This document shows, in pieces, positions 22,590-36,170 of a stretch of 64,000 nucleotides of DNA (position 1 is its first letter; the number at the start of each line of letters is the position of its first letter). The position numbers were made by a program, and so were the translations under genes. Below the pieces are notes generated by a model. The model was given only the letters and a program-made list of their open reading frames with translations. It was not told the origin of the DNA and made no database searches. Origin of the DNA: Mytilus edulis (Eukaryota); assembly GCF_963676685.1 (NCBI RefSeq), contig NC_092356.1:67766001-67830000 (forward strand). The letters run 5' to 3'.

Positions 22590-24030
22590 ATAAATAATAA
22601 TTTCAAAACCCAAAATTTTGTGACAGCAAATTTTATTTACACAACTTCCTTATTTCATGCTAGTACTGAAGTATTATCTACCGGGCTGGTGATATACTCG
22701 AGGCCTGTTAGCAGAAATATCGACCCAGTGGTAGTAATACGATTGACAGAACCATTTTGATGTTCACCAGATGTGCATTACAAAACATGCCTCTTCATTG
22801 ATGCTCAATGCGAAAATATCTGAAACTTATTAAAAAGATGATTAGTTTACAAACAGAAAAGGACAAAAAGTAAAATCACAAAAATACCAATCTGAGGAAA
22901 ATTCAAAACTAAAGAGTCCCTAATCAAATGACTAAATCAGAAGCTCAAACACATCAAACGAATGAATAACAACTGTTGCATTCATGACTTGGTATAAAAA
23001 AAAATATATAGAAATTATGATGGATTTAACCTGGTTTTAAAGCTAGCTAAACATTTTAATTGTATTACAGTAGCACAAAACTGCATCACATTGACAACAA
23101 TGTGTGAACAACCAAACAAAAAACATAGAGCTTTGTATTAGGAAAATAAATTCCTTATAAATAAAATATTTCCTAAATTTTATGAGAGCGAATTTCATTT
23201 ACATATCCATATTTTCATGTCATTACCATGTCAATTCTAGCTACTAAGCTTGATATATATACCATCAGCGACTTACAGTACACCAGCAGAGGTATCGACC
23301 AAGTTGTAGCAATACAATTAACGGTACCAAATGTTCGATCAGATACGTATTTCGACAAGAAAGGTTTCTTCAGTGATGATTGAGGCCAAAATAATTGAAC
23401 AATCTCAATACAGGCACACGTAGCATACCAGTATTCAAAAGTTGTTTTGATTGAAAGAAAACAACTTCGGGTTATAAACTAAAACCGAAGCAAACACATC
23501 AACTATAAGAGGAAAACAAAGGAACAACAGGAACACTGAAGTGCAACAAAAACAAACACCAACATACATAGAAACGAACTATTATAAAATTTTATAAAAG
23601 CCAAATTTAATTACACAATATCTTAATTTCATACCATTACCGAAGTACTAGCCATTAAACTGTTGATACCCTCAGGAACAGGTCATAGGCAGGGGTATCG
23701 AGGCCCACATTTTTGATCAATCTAAAATTTATTAAATAAAAAGTGCTAATAACAAACAAAAAAAGACATAACGTAAAGCCAATGTCAGGCAAACAATCAG
23801 AGCTATTTATGAAGGAGATATTTTTCTTTATTTTGAATAATTTCCAAATTTTTGTATCAGAATATTTTAATAACACAATATCCGTATTGTTATGCCAAAC
23901 GGAGGTACTGGCTACTGGGTTAGTGACAGTCTACCAGTAGAGGTTTCGACTCAGTTGTAGTAATTATATCAACGGTACCATTTTATCTGCACCAGATGCG
24001 CATTTCGACATCAATATTTCTTCAATGTTC
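22590..24030 (-). repeat. Cluster of decayed retrozyme-like monomers interleaved with SINE-like fragments
   Basis: Recurring ctactgggctggtgata...tcgacccagt followed by hammerhead remnants at ~22765, 23338 and 23990. Confidence 0.6.
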
Positions 24031-24539
24031 AATTCTTCAAAAAATAAATATAAAAAATATTTGGGTTGGGAATTATAAGAATAAAACATATTTTGTTAGA
24101 TGCTATTGATGTGTAAATGCATTGCTGACTCACAAACGCTTATTCAACCATATAATTGAAAAAAGAATCTAGGAAATTCAAGTTGAAATCATAAGTGTTG
24201 AGCTTTTCACCTTAACAAATGAATTTGAACAATATAAGTATCAATGTTACGGTTGAAAGTATTAATGATGTTCATTGTTTCGTGTTTAGATTTTTTTTTC
24301 AATTCGAATTTGATTTTCCGTAAACATACTCATTCTATGGAATAATGGCACAATAACCGTACAATATTCTACTTCATTAGATGTATTCGATATATCAATC
24401 TTAGTCTGCAGTTTGTAGCTTTAGATGCCAAGGAATTTTTAGCATTTTTAGTTCAGATGAAATATACTCTAAACAATGCATTGGCTCAGTCCATGATTTG
24501 TAAACTTCTATACCTATAGTTAAACAACGCATTGTGAAC

Positions 24540-24720
24540 TTAAACCTTGACTAACTACATCGTGTACCTCTTTGATAATGCTGTTTATCATTCAACTGTT
24601 ATGGAATTATGTGACTGACATTAATCTGATGTATTATGTTTCACTAAATGACTACTGTCATGCAATCTTTTGGTTTAAATAGAAACAAACATCAGAAGTA
24701 CTGCATCAGTAAAGTCACTT
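24540..24720 (+). promoter_or_regulatory. Conserved proximal promoter block of the C1qDC genes
   Basis: Alignable with 29375-29550 and 47365-47530; shares tttgataat, tattatgtttcactaaatgactactgtcatgc and a TATA-like tttaaata/tataaata. Confidence 0.55.
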
Positions 24721-24753
24721 GGGAAATAAGCCGAAAACCACGCCATAGTCAAC

Positions 24754-27700
24754 ATGATAATAGTTTTATCATTTATTCCTATATTGCTGTTTTGTGGACA
24801 AATGACAACTGCTAAAGGAGACTGTAATCGAAAACTTGGTAAATATATCTTACTAGAATATATGTTGTACATATATCATCGTTTATATCATTGCAACAAT
24901 TAGCATTGTTAATTCATAGAGATGTGAGGGCATTTTTGCGTCGATATATTGCTACATGTATGCGTTCACTAATTATAAATGTACGAACTGACTTATTATA
25001 AATAGTAATTGCTCAATACAGATGTAAATTTCGTCAGAATGGAGAACTAGATAATTATAAGTGTATGTTAAAAATTGCTATCAAGTAAGTTAAGAATTAT
25101 TTCTTTTTGAAGTTAAGGTTCTGTTAACAGTTATCAAAGGTACCAGGATTATAATTTAGTTCTCCAAACACACGTTTCGTCTACCTACGACTCACCAGTG
25201 ACGTTCAGATCAAAATAGTTATAAAGCCAAACAAGTACAAAGTTGAAGAGCATTTGTTAAAATAGTTTTGTTGTGGTTTTTTTTTCAGTCCAAAAATAAT
25301 AAAGGCATTATGCATGCTGGATGTGATACTTCAAGTTTAATTTGATGCACAAGTTGCTAAACATTCTCAAATTTACATATTTACTCTTTAATTGTAGAAA
25401 ATGCCTTATTTGATGACCTCCTTCAGATGATGCTGAAAATCAAGGGATCAGGTAGGTTATCTTACACAATCTACGTAATTATATTCAAAGTTGATTAATG
25501 TTGCATATATCTGAATATTATTGTAGAATATTTCTTGGATATTGTTATTTTTCTACTCATTTTATTTAAAGGGATAATTCGCGATTTCTCACTTTTCATC
25601 TTATTATGTTCATAATACCATAAAAAACATATTCACCAAGTTTTATTTCGATATGAAATCTAATAAAGAAGAAAATTGGGAATTATTAATTTTATTTCTT
25701 GAAACTTCCTGACTTATGTGACGTAGTTTAAGTCTTTTTGCATGTCGGGAGTGAAATTAATCTCATTTAAGTCTTGTTCGTTAACCATCTTATAACGCGA
25801 TTTAAAGCGCATCGACGACTTTTGGTGTAGCTATTAACCAACGAAAAATAAGTGATAGCCATGCAACTTTTAAAGTTATATCGTGTGGAATTTTTAAAAC
25901 GAATTTTAATAATAAAAGTAAATCATACAATAGAACATTTTTATGATTTTTTTTCTACAAATACTTTAAACAAACATATGAAACTGACATGATCGATAGT
26001 GTATTAAAAATACATGTTTGTATTCTGACCTTTTTGCTTCATTCCAGTAAACATTTTCACTTGCTTGTACGGTGCAAATAAAATGTGTATTGTTTTGTGA
26101 CACCTAAAGAATGCTGAATGCGTAGTTTAACTCAAGGTAATTAAAAGATTAGCATTATGTAATGCTAATCTTTTGATCCTCATTCAGTGAAATCTAGGCG
26201 TCACGGTTCACTGGCATTTCAGGTGTGTACAACATTTCGTATGAATGGTAAACGGGAGTCAGTCAACGTTTTAGACACAGAAATGTAAAAAAATAATTAA
26301 AATTAATTAACGGGAATAATAAGGTCGCACAATAACTGGAAAGATGTTGTATATTTTTATATTTTGCATAAGATCACTTTTAAATGAATTATGACTTTTG
26401 ATTACTTAAGTAACGATAAAATACTGAATTATTTTAATTGAAGTATAAATTTATAAATAAAAATAGCCTTCTAAACACGAGTGTATGAACTAAAAATTGT
26501 ACTATTTTAAATTAGGATCGGCAGCCTTAAATATTTCAAACAGATCATTAACAATTGCAATTATATAATTTAGTCCATCCAAAGTGATCTTTATTTACCT
26601 ATTTAGGAATTAATGTTCTCATCAAAATATTTTAAATCTCACAACGCTTGAATACTTCAGATATTTGAAAAAAAAGATATGTAAAAAATTGACAGGAAAT
26701 TAAAGGATCTTTTTGGAATGGAATCGGAAAAATTACGAACAGATATGCTTTTCAAGTGTGAAAAACATCAACAAAATTTATACATAATCGGGAATGTCCT
26801 TAGTAAAGTAGTCTTCGTCTCACACCGTAACTATATATAATACTTTAGCTATTTGACCAACGATGTATAAAAAAACCAGAACGAATTTAATGTCATCTTT
26901 CCCTATTTTTTTAATGTAATTATAAGTCTGTTTCAACTGGCAAGAATACCCTTAAAGCGGACAAGCAGTTTATTCTCTAAATTGCTGTCATTGAATATCA
27001 AGAGAGAAAATAAATCCCGAAATTGATTTGAAACTTTGATACTCAATAGTTTTCCTGGAAAATATTCACATCCCTTAGGGATTATTAGTGTACGTCCAGT
27101 TGCGTATATATTACATGCATGTCGGAACAATTGTGATGATGACGAATTTCTTCCTTTATTCGAGAACAATCTAATTGATATATAAATGTCCATAACTTCG
27201 ATGAGCCAAAGAAAGTTATATATCGACCTGTATTTAATCTCTTCTTCTTCTTTTGGTATACAATAGTCTATCGACATTCGATGATTACATACTGTTGGCA
27301 TACGTGGACTAGTCTATTTACAAAACTTTTACCCCAATTTACACAAAATGTATGTTTCTTTCTTATGTTCAATGTATACATGTATATATTTTAATTTGCG
27401 CTATAGTTCCGTAACTTATTATCCAGGCGTATATACGAATGGTCGACAAGTGCGTACATTTTTTTAAATCAATATTTCTGGTATGTTCCGATCTGTCCTT
27501 CACTATTGACAACGAGTATAAATTACATTTTACCAAATTTACCTTTGGAAAAAATATGTATATAGATTTTTATTTCATCAAATCTGTTGTTTTTTGTTTG
27601 TTTTTTTTGGTATTATTTATATTTTTATTAATAATTTTCTTTACACCAGAAATGTTATTCATAAACAAGCGTATGAGTTTAGTAATGACTAGTATATTAT

Positions 27701-28667
27701 ATCACTTTCGGACACGCAAGATAGGGATGTATATTATACACCTAATAGTTCAAAATGGAAAGTTATAAGTGATCGGCCGTGTACACTGATCAATATCATA
27801 AGAAGTGAAACGATGCATGAATTTGCAACCTCGACCGGAAATCGCTTGAATACCTGGACGTGTCACCTCACACCCCTTACAATACCTTTGGGAGTAATAT
27901 CTTTAGCCATGCGGGTGATCAGTGGAGCGAAGATCCTAATTTATTTGAATAAAGTTTATTACATTAAAGAATTATGAACTAATTAGATTTTCGAAAACAA
28001 TTCAAGTTTCACGGAACACTTAATTATTTATGATTTGAAATTTGACTTTTTAACTAATTCCAATATTATCAGTCTAAAAATAACAGATCAAACAATGTAG
28101 GTTACACTGTACCCAAAACAAAATTAATGTAAGTGAATATTTTCTTATACATTTATTATATATCTTACAGTAGAAAGCAATTATTATCTACAAAATAATA
28201 TTTTACTTTTCCAGCACTATTCAAAAATACCCTTTTTTATAGGACGTTCAAGTCATGTTCGTTTACCAAAGAAAAAAGACTTCCCTGCTTTTACAGCATA
28301 CAGATCATCTTCACAATCTTTGTCTGTAAACGAAATCGTCAAGTTCGATAAAATTTGGACAAATAATGGAGATGGATACGACCCCAGCAGCGGAGTTTTT
28401 ACAGCTCCATTAGCGGGACTGTATCGTTTTGCAGCAGTTGTAATGTCTGTTTCTGACGCTGTCTTGTATTTAAGTCTCTATCACAACGACGCACAGATAA
28501 CATCAAGCTATCTCAGTGACAAGGGATACAAGACTGGGACGTTTGATGTTGCTTTGACGTTGGAGCAGGGAGACAAGGTGTCAATTAGATCTAGAAGTAA
28601 AAGTCAGACAATATTCAGTGACGGTAGTAACTACTGTACCTTTTCAGGAAACCTGTTTGCTATGTAA
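24754..28667 (+). CDS. Secreted C1q-domain-containing protein 1 (exons 24754-24838, 25398-25451, 28243-28667)
   Basis: Signal peptide exon MIIVLSFIPILLFCGQMTTAKG; all introns phase 1 and GT-AG; gC1q motifs PAFTA, VKFDKIWTNNGDGYDPSSGVFTAPLAGLY, LEQGDKVSI, TFSGNL. Confidence 0.92.
25127..25255 (-). mobile_element. Decayed retrozyme fragment in C1qDC1 intron 1
   Basis: Matches 36092-36220; hammerhead core mutated (CUGGUGA, GUU site). Confidence 0.75.
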
Positions 28668-29577
28668 TAATAAAATTTGTAATATTATACTTTGTCTCAT
28701 TTGTAAATATAAGGAATTTTTAAGGTTCGTTATATCACAACAGAGCCATTTGTTATTTGCTACATATATAAACCTTTGATTATTTGAACATTTGTTCTTG
28801 TTAACTTTTGAACCAATATTTCCCCACTGTACACCTTTAAGAACACCCTCTGTGTGATGGTTGTTTTGTATGATTGGTTATTGATATCGTTCTAATGTAT
28901 GTATTACGGTTTTGAAATTTCTTTATGGAATAAACTTTTGTTTCGCAACATGCAGATAAGATCTTTGGTATACATCATCGAACAGTCATTGAAGTTTGAG
29001 TCCCAGCCTGTTTAACCTAACAACTGTTCTGAAAGGTGTACATAGTAAGAGAAATATCCCACAAAACATTTGTTTTCTGATTCGCATCTCCATCGTATTA
29101 AATATCACGATAATATTTGTTTCTATATTGTACGTTATATCCCCAGGATATTTTGTTAAATTTTGAGGTTTTTCAGGTTTTTCACTCAAATTCGATTTGC
29201 CGTAAGAATTTCTATTTTTAGGGATGATGGCACAATTACCGGACAATCTGCTAGGTCAATGAATTTGTTTTGCTTTATTTATTTTGACACATGGACAAAA
29301 GTCTGTAGCTTTAGTTTCCTGGCCAGTTTCAAATATTTCTAAAGTTTAAATGAAGGAATGGACTTATAACTAACATAGCCTTGGCTAACTACAGCATTTA
29401 CCTTTTTGATAATGCTGTATATCCTTCAGCTGTTATGGAATTGTCTGACAGAAATTAATATGGTGTATTATGTTTCACTAAATGACTACTGTCATGCAAT
29501 CTTTTTGTTTAAATAATACCAACCGACAGAAGTGCTGCATCGAAAAAGTCCCTCCGGAAATAAGCCAAAATAACAAC

Positions 29578-31014
29578 ATGGTCAACATGATGGTTGTATT
29601 GTTTATACCTGTTTTGCTGTTTTGTGAACAAATGGCTACTGCCAAAGGAGACTGTGATCAAAAACTTGGTAATTATATCTAAATAGAAAATGTTTTGTAT
29701 ATAACTTTTCTTTTACATCATTGTAACAATCAGCATTGTTTATTTAAAGAAATATGAGGGTATTTTTGTGTCGATCTACTTCTAAACGTATGCGGTCAAT
29801 TATTCTCAATGTAATATTTCATTTATTCTAAAAGTCAGTTGTCAATTTAACTGTAGGCTTATTCTAAATGGAAGACTTGACTAGATTAATCTAAATGTTT
29901 AGAGTTTGTATCATGTTAGTTTAAAATTATTCTTCAAAAGGTGTCGATTTATTCTAAATGTAAATTTTGATTAATTCTAAATGCAGTGTTGATTTGACAT
30001 TTTATATTTATGAATAATAGTGCACTTCTGTTATTAAGGATCCCTGTAGGAGCTATTCATTCTGTTAAAAAAATTATGGGTGTTTTTAGAGATAAGAATA
30101 CATAACTCAGTTATGGACAGTTGTCTCATTGGCAATCATACCACATCTTCTTTTTTTATATAACTCAGAAATACTAAATAACAATTGCAAATACAGGTTA
30201 TAAGTACAGCATTAGATACAAATATTGCTTAAACATTCTTGGCTTTACATATCCTGTTTAATTGTAGAGAATGCCTTGTTTGATGACCTCCTTCAGATGA
30301 TGTTGAAAGTCAAGGGATCAGGTAAGTTATTTTACACTATCTACATTGTATATATTGTAAGTTCGTTGATGTTGCATACATCCGAATATTATTGCAAAAC
30401 CTTTATTGATATTACTTTTTCTGTTCTTTTTATTTCAACATAATGTCGGTTACACTGTACCCACAAAAAAAGTAATTTAAGTGAATATTTTCTTATACAT
30501 TTATTATATATCTTACAGTAGAAAGCAATTATTATCTACAAAATAATATTTACTTTTCCAGCACAATTTCAAAATGTCCTTTTTTATAGGAGGTTCAAGT
30601 AATTTCCGTTTACCAAAGAGAAAAGACTTCCCTGCTTTTACAGCATACAGATCATCTTCACAATCTTTGTCTGTAAACGAAATCGTCAAGTTCGATAAAA
30701 TTTGGACAAATAATGGAGATGGATACGACCCCAGCAGCGGAGTTTTTACAGCTCCATTGGCGGGACTGTATCATTTTGCAGCAGTTGTCATGTCTGTTTC
30801 TGACGCCGTCTTGTATTTAAGTCTCTATCACAACGACGCACAGATAACATCAAGCTATCTAAGTGACAAGGGATACAAGACTGGGACGTTTGATGTTGCT
30901 TTGACGTTGGAGCAGGGAGACAAGGTGTCAATTAGATCCAGAAGTAAAAGTCAGACAATATTCAGTGCCGGTAGTAACTACTGTACCTTTTCAGGAAACC
31001 TTATTGCTATATAA
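29578..31014 (+). CDS. Secreted C1q-domain-containing protein 2 (exons 29578-29668, 30268-30321, 30590-31014)
   Basis: Same exon structure and phases as gene 1; intact gC1q; the start could be 29578 or 29587. Confidence 0.92.
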
Positions 31015-31989
31015 TAATAAAATTCATTATACTATACTTTGTCTTATTTGTAAATATAAGGAATTTGTAAGGTTCGTTATATCACAACAGAGCCATTTGT
31101 TATTTGCTACATATATAAACCTTTGATTATTTGAACATTTATTCTTGTTAACATTCGAAGCAATAATTCCCCACTATACACCTTTAAGAACACCCTCTGT
31201 GTGATGGTTGTTTTGTATGATTGGTTATTGATATCGTTCTAATGTATGTATTACGGTTTCGAAATTTCTTTATGGAATAAACTTTTGTTTCGCAACATGC
31301 AGATAAGATCCTTGGTATACATCATCGAACAGTCATTGAAGTTTGAGTCTCAGCCTGTTCACCCTAACAACTGTTCTTAAAGGTGTACATAGTAAGAGAA
31401 ATATCCCACAAAACATATGTTTTTTCTGATTCGCATCTCCATCGTATCAACGATCTCGATAATCATTGTTTTCATATTGTACGTTATACCCCCAGGATAT
31501 TTTGTTAAATTTTGACATCCAAAAGGAGAATTTCATCTTACATGTTTTGAACTCGGTATATTTATGTAGGGGATAAATCGTAAATTAATTGAGAACCCTT
31601 TATAGCTTGCTGAGCGGTGTGAGCCAAGCTCCGTGTTAAAGACCGTTCCTGACTTATAATGGTTTAATTTTACAAATTGTGACTTGCAATAAAATCGAGG
31701 ATGAAAGTACCTGCAACAGGTTGTTTTGAAACTCACAAACTCAGTGTGGACTGCTTAATGACTACTTGGCCACCAAGATCCATTCTCATTACTTGAAAGG
31801 CCAACAAACAAAGGTCTCAACACCCCTCCCCCCAAAAAAGGAAACTCGATAAATAATATTGTATCGGAAACATCATTATAATGATATGGTCTCGTATGTT
31901 GTTTTTTCTTTTTTTCTTTTTTTTTATTTTATCTAGATTTGATTTAAACAGACATTGTAAGAATGCTTATTAAGCAACTATCAAATAAA

Positions 31990-32120
31990 CTGAAAACGAC
32001 ATGGCTGAAAAAAAGAGACAAACAGACAAATAATAGTACAGAAGACACAACATAGAAAACTAAAGACTAAGCAACACGAACCCCACCAAAAACTGGGGGT
32101 GATCTCAGGCGCTCCGGAAA
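31990..32120 (-). mobile_element. Penelope-like element 3' tail fragment
   Basis: Reverse complement of the 61675-61800 tail (ccggagcacctgagatcaccccc...gggttcgtgttg). Confidence 0.7.
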
Positions 32121-33169
32121 CTTATTTGATGCATATATAGTCTTACATTTGGAATGTCAATTAACATTCTATTTTCACATTTACAATGTTAACTTAAAAC
32201 GCTTTTTAAAAGAGAGGCGAAATATATTAAAGGAATAGTCGAAAACAAAACGACAGAGATTGATCAACACAAACCACACTCAGGGGTAATCTCATATTCT
32301 CAGGAATGGGAAACAGATCATGCTACACATTTGACAGCCGTTATGTTGTTCATTTAAGAACGAATCTGGTGTTAAATCTTATTCGATGTTTTCAAAATTG
32401 ATGTTCAAAATAATATCATTTTCAAAATTATATTATATTAAAAGGAATTCAGAGGCATTGTGTTATAAATACTTTATTTTACCTGTAGCATCAAAATCTA
32501 GAACATCTCAAATGTCATCGTCTTTTTTAAACTTGTATTGATTGCAGTTGAAACATGATGCTAAATCGATCGATTGTGAATGCCGTGCCAATCTTTATTT
32601 AGTTTGAATGAATTTTGGTTTTGTTTGAATATTTTAGTGTGATTTTTAGGATATTCATATTAAACAATGATTTATGAACGAGTGGAAAATACTACACGAA
32701 ATAATTATAAGTCGAATATACATCAATTGCCATAAGAAATAGACATTCTTAGTTAAACAGTCAATGCTGGTAGAATTTAATTGAGTTAATGTCTTCAACT
32801 TGTCAATTTGATATTAATGAAAAAGTGCTTTGCATAAGAATTGATAAATAAACTAGAAATAGTTCCCTGCTTATAGTAAAGACATAATGTATTTGATACA
32901 TAGACAAGCCATAGGAAATGAAAGATGATGACCTTTCAGTATCCAATACAGTATTCCTGATATTTTTGTGGTAAAATGATTCTGGTTGATCAGTTCCCTA
33001 TAACTAGAGTGAATGATACCTGAATTATACCTGTATAAGGGGATAGTTTAAAAGGTATGTGCACAATTCAATGTTGAAGAAGATATTTAGGAATGAAACA
33101 CTTACGGTTACATGTGTGTAATGTATGAGTGGCCGTTCGTGTCATTGGCGGTATGAACACACCGTATGA

Positions 33170-33440
33170 AATTTTCAACGCGTTGGTTTTTACTATCAAT
33201 GCGTTGGTTTTTACTTTCAACGCGTTGGTTTTTACTTCCAACGCGTTGGTTTTTACTTTCAACGCGTTGGTTTTACTTTCAACGGGTTGGTTTTCAATTT
33301 CAACGCGTTTGTCTTCATTTTCAACGCGTTGATTCGTAATTCATCTGGCATGAAAAACCAACGCGTTGGTTTTCAATTCCATACCGTAAGTTTTTTATTC
33401 CATACCGTGAGTTTTTCAATCCATACCGTAAGTTTTGTAC
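33170..33440 (+). repeat. 21-bp minisatellites (caacgcgttggtttttacttt x~8; ttccataccgtaagttttt x3)
   Basis: Directly visible; probably subterminal repeats of the adjoining THAP transposon relic. Confidence 0.85.
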
Positions 33441-33809
33441 TTTTGTCAACCAATCAAAATATTTGTTACAAAATATTTTCTAAAAATATCTAGTGGTCAT
33501 CTCATTATTTGTAGAGCCTCCGGAGTTTTCTTGAGATAGCATAGGATCAGATTATCTGTTTATTTTATTTATAGATTACCTTATCTATATACTGATTAAT
33601 CAATCTCACTTGCGGAAAAAGTTATTTCCTATATGTATTAATACACTATAGTAGCATTCTATACAAACAATAACTGTATTTGTTTTAACTAACTCTAGTA
33701 ACTCAGAGATATAAAATAGTAGCTTAATATTAAAACATTAATCATGGATAATTTGGTGAAGAAAATTGCAATAAAGTATTGATGATATGGTACTGGTAAT
33801 AGTGAATCA

Positions 33810-34035
33810 TGTCTTACACACAAAGATTGCATGACAGGAGTGGAATTTATAAGATTTCCAAAGCCTTGGAGGGACAGAGAAAAATGCACAAGATGAATAA
33901 ATACACGAAGAGAAGAAGGCTTTACAACTGACAGAATAAAAAGGATACAAACATATGCAGTAAACATTTTGTTGGTGGAAAGGTCCTACAGATGCTGACC
34001 CTGATCCAATTCCTGCTACCACTACTCCAAGTGAT
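33810..34035 (+). pseudogene. Decayed THAP zinc-finger domain of a DNA transposon
   Basis: Reads GVEFIRFPKPWRDREKCTR*I...KDTNICSKHFVGG/KGPTDADPDPIPAT with a stop and frameshifts; FP..W..ICSKHF..P is the THAP signature. Confidence 0.7.
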
Positions 34036-34827
34036 GTATATAAATATATTCTAGTATTTGTTGATTACCTTTTTTGATCAATAATCTAACAAAACTGATT
34101 TTAGTAAATCCACCTACTAATACAGAAACTACACAAACAGGAAAAAATATTGGGTTGGACCAATACAGAATAGAAAATTCTGTATAAAAAAATCAGAACA
34201 CTTTACTTCAGTCTAAAAATGAACCTCTTCAATGCACATTAAAGAAACAAGAAGGTAGTGCACTTGACAAGACCTCCGAGAGGGAAACTGTAGTGAAATA
34301 TACAAATATGTATCTTGATTTCAAGGAATTAAATTTCACGTGAAACACAATATAAGAATTAATATTCCAAATAAATGTTTTTTGTCTTGTTTAAGAGTGT
34401 ATTTGAAATATATAAATGTATTTGGTTGAATAAATCCCCAACATTTGATTGACTCGCAGGGTCAAACATCAAAGCCTTCTTGAATTCGAATATTATATAG
34501 TCTATATCACATACTTGAAACATTTGTCAACAATTTTGGTATTTTGGTATGTTGAAAATGTTATCCAGCGCTATTAGGTGTTGTTGAAGCCATTTTGATA
34601 TGATATTGCGAATTTAACATGCTTTTGTACATTATTTCATCAATAAATATCTCAAACCAAAATCAAAATGAATCTATAGCCAACACAAAAATTAAAATCT
34701 TAAACTTCCAACACATTTTTGTTTGTGTTGAAAAGGTCCTTTTCATACATTTTTGGGGCGGATTTTTCAAAATTGAGGTTTTCTGTTGTCTTTAGTCTAC
34801 TATCTATTTTTATTGAAAATGTCATTT

Positions 34828-36086
34828 TAATTGCAACAGAAAATGTTTTAGTTCTAATCTATAGCATAATTCCCTAAATATAAACAGAAACAAGTCCCTT
34901 AAAATGTAACTTGAGGAAATCCAAAATTCCGCATTTTTATTTTCCTATGAAAATTAACACTGGAAGGGGAGATTACTCCACACAAAGGAGTCATTTTTTT
35001 GTCAGTTTGTGGTTGATTTTCTTGAAATTTATGTAAAGTATGATACTTTAAGCATGTATTCTTCTTTCTGTTGTGACGTATAAAATTTTCTGACGTCAGA
35101 CACTCAAATCAATAAATGTGTTCGTAGATAGTAGATGTTTTTGTGTTCTGTTAAATTGTTCCTTTTAAAATTGTTAAACGATGATGATTGATGTACCCAT
35201 ATTTTGACTATTTTATTTATTGTGTCTGTTTATTTAACGCATCAATGTAAAAATATCGGAAATTGATGAGACTGTCATTAAAGTGAGAGGGTTAGCGCTA
35301 TAGAACCAGGTTTAATCCACAATTTTCTACATTTGAAAATGCCTGTACCAAGTCAGGAATATGACAGTTCTTGTCCATTCGTTTTTGATGCGTTTTGTTT
35401 GATTTTGCCATGTGATTATGGACTTTCCCAATTGATCTTCCTCTAAGTTCAGTATTTTTGTGATTTTACTTTTTAATGGGGTTTTAAGTTTGAATTTGAC
35501 GAAACTATATAATTTTCTGCTCATGAAATGTACAAAACCAAAGTGGAATGGGTAGTTTTATTTTTTTTGTGCATTTTTCATTTAAGGGATTGAAAATTTG
35601 AAGCTTTGTGACCATTTTGAAAAAAATAATGTGAAAATTTGGTACTGTTTATATGTGTATATTATATTTTTTCAGCATCTTACTTATCTAAAGAATTATT
35701 TTTACTAAATTTGAGATTGTTTACCTTGACATGTTGAAAAATTCAATAAATTGTCAACTAATGAATTACGAAATCTAGGTTATAGCTTGATAAAATATAT
35801 GAAAACACCTTTAGAGTTGTTTGTTATACTCTAAAGACAGCCAGAACATCAAGAATCAATACATTCTGATGAATAGAAGCGGTAAAGGTATAATTTTGTA
35901 TCAATTTGTATTGATATTTCTGCCTTTTATGCAAGAGTTAACTCCCTTTTCAATGCTATTTTCCATAGGAATTTTAAGTGGCGATTTTTTTAGTCTTCCT
36001 CATGCCAGATTTTATGGGGTTTTTTTCTGTGTATGTTTGGGGTATAATGCTAAAGATTAAAACTTAAAAATCTTCTGTTGCAATTA
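34828..36086. mobile_element. MITE-like element with ~160-bp degenerate TIRs and a nested repeat at ~35060-35475
   Basis: taattgcaacagaaaatg... / ...atcttctgttgcaatta, with the inverted match continuing to ttcctatgaaaa/ttttccataggaa; the nested repeat matches 22866-23050, 41348-41480 and 42415-42570 in inverse. Confidence 0.7.
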
Positions 36087-36126
36087 CTTTTAATAGTTAT
36101 CAAAAGTACCAGGATTACAATTTTAT

Positions 36127-36170
36127 ACGCCAGACGCGCGTTTCGTCTACATAAGACTCATCAGTGACGC
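36127..36170 (-). ncRNA. Type-I hammerhead ribozyme
   Basis: Minus strand GCGUCA-CUGAUGA-GUCU-uaugu-AGAC-GAAA-C-gcgc-GUC^UGGCGU; stems I and II pair and stem III has a palindromic loop. Confidence 0.92.

Noticed and set aside
26933-27301. 122-aa minus-strand ORF in C1qDC1 intron 2
   Set aside because: No recognisable motif or splice support; kept only as part of the unexplained insertion
33170-33440. CRISPR-like regular repeats
   Set aside because: Contiguous 21-bp units without unique spacers, no cas genes, eukaryotic context; the derived ORFs 33068-33493 are repeat artefacts
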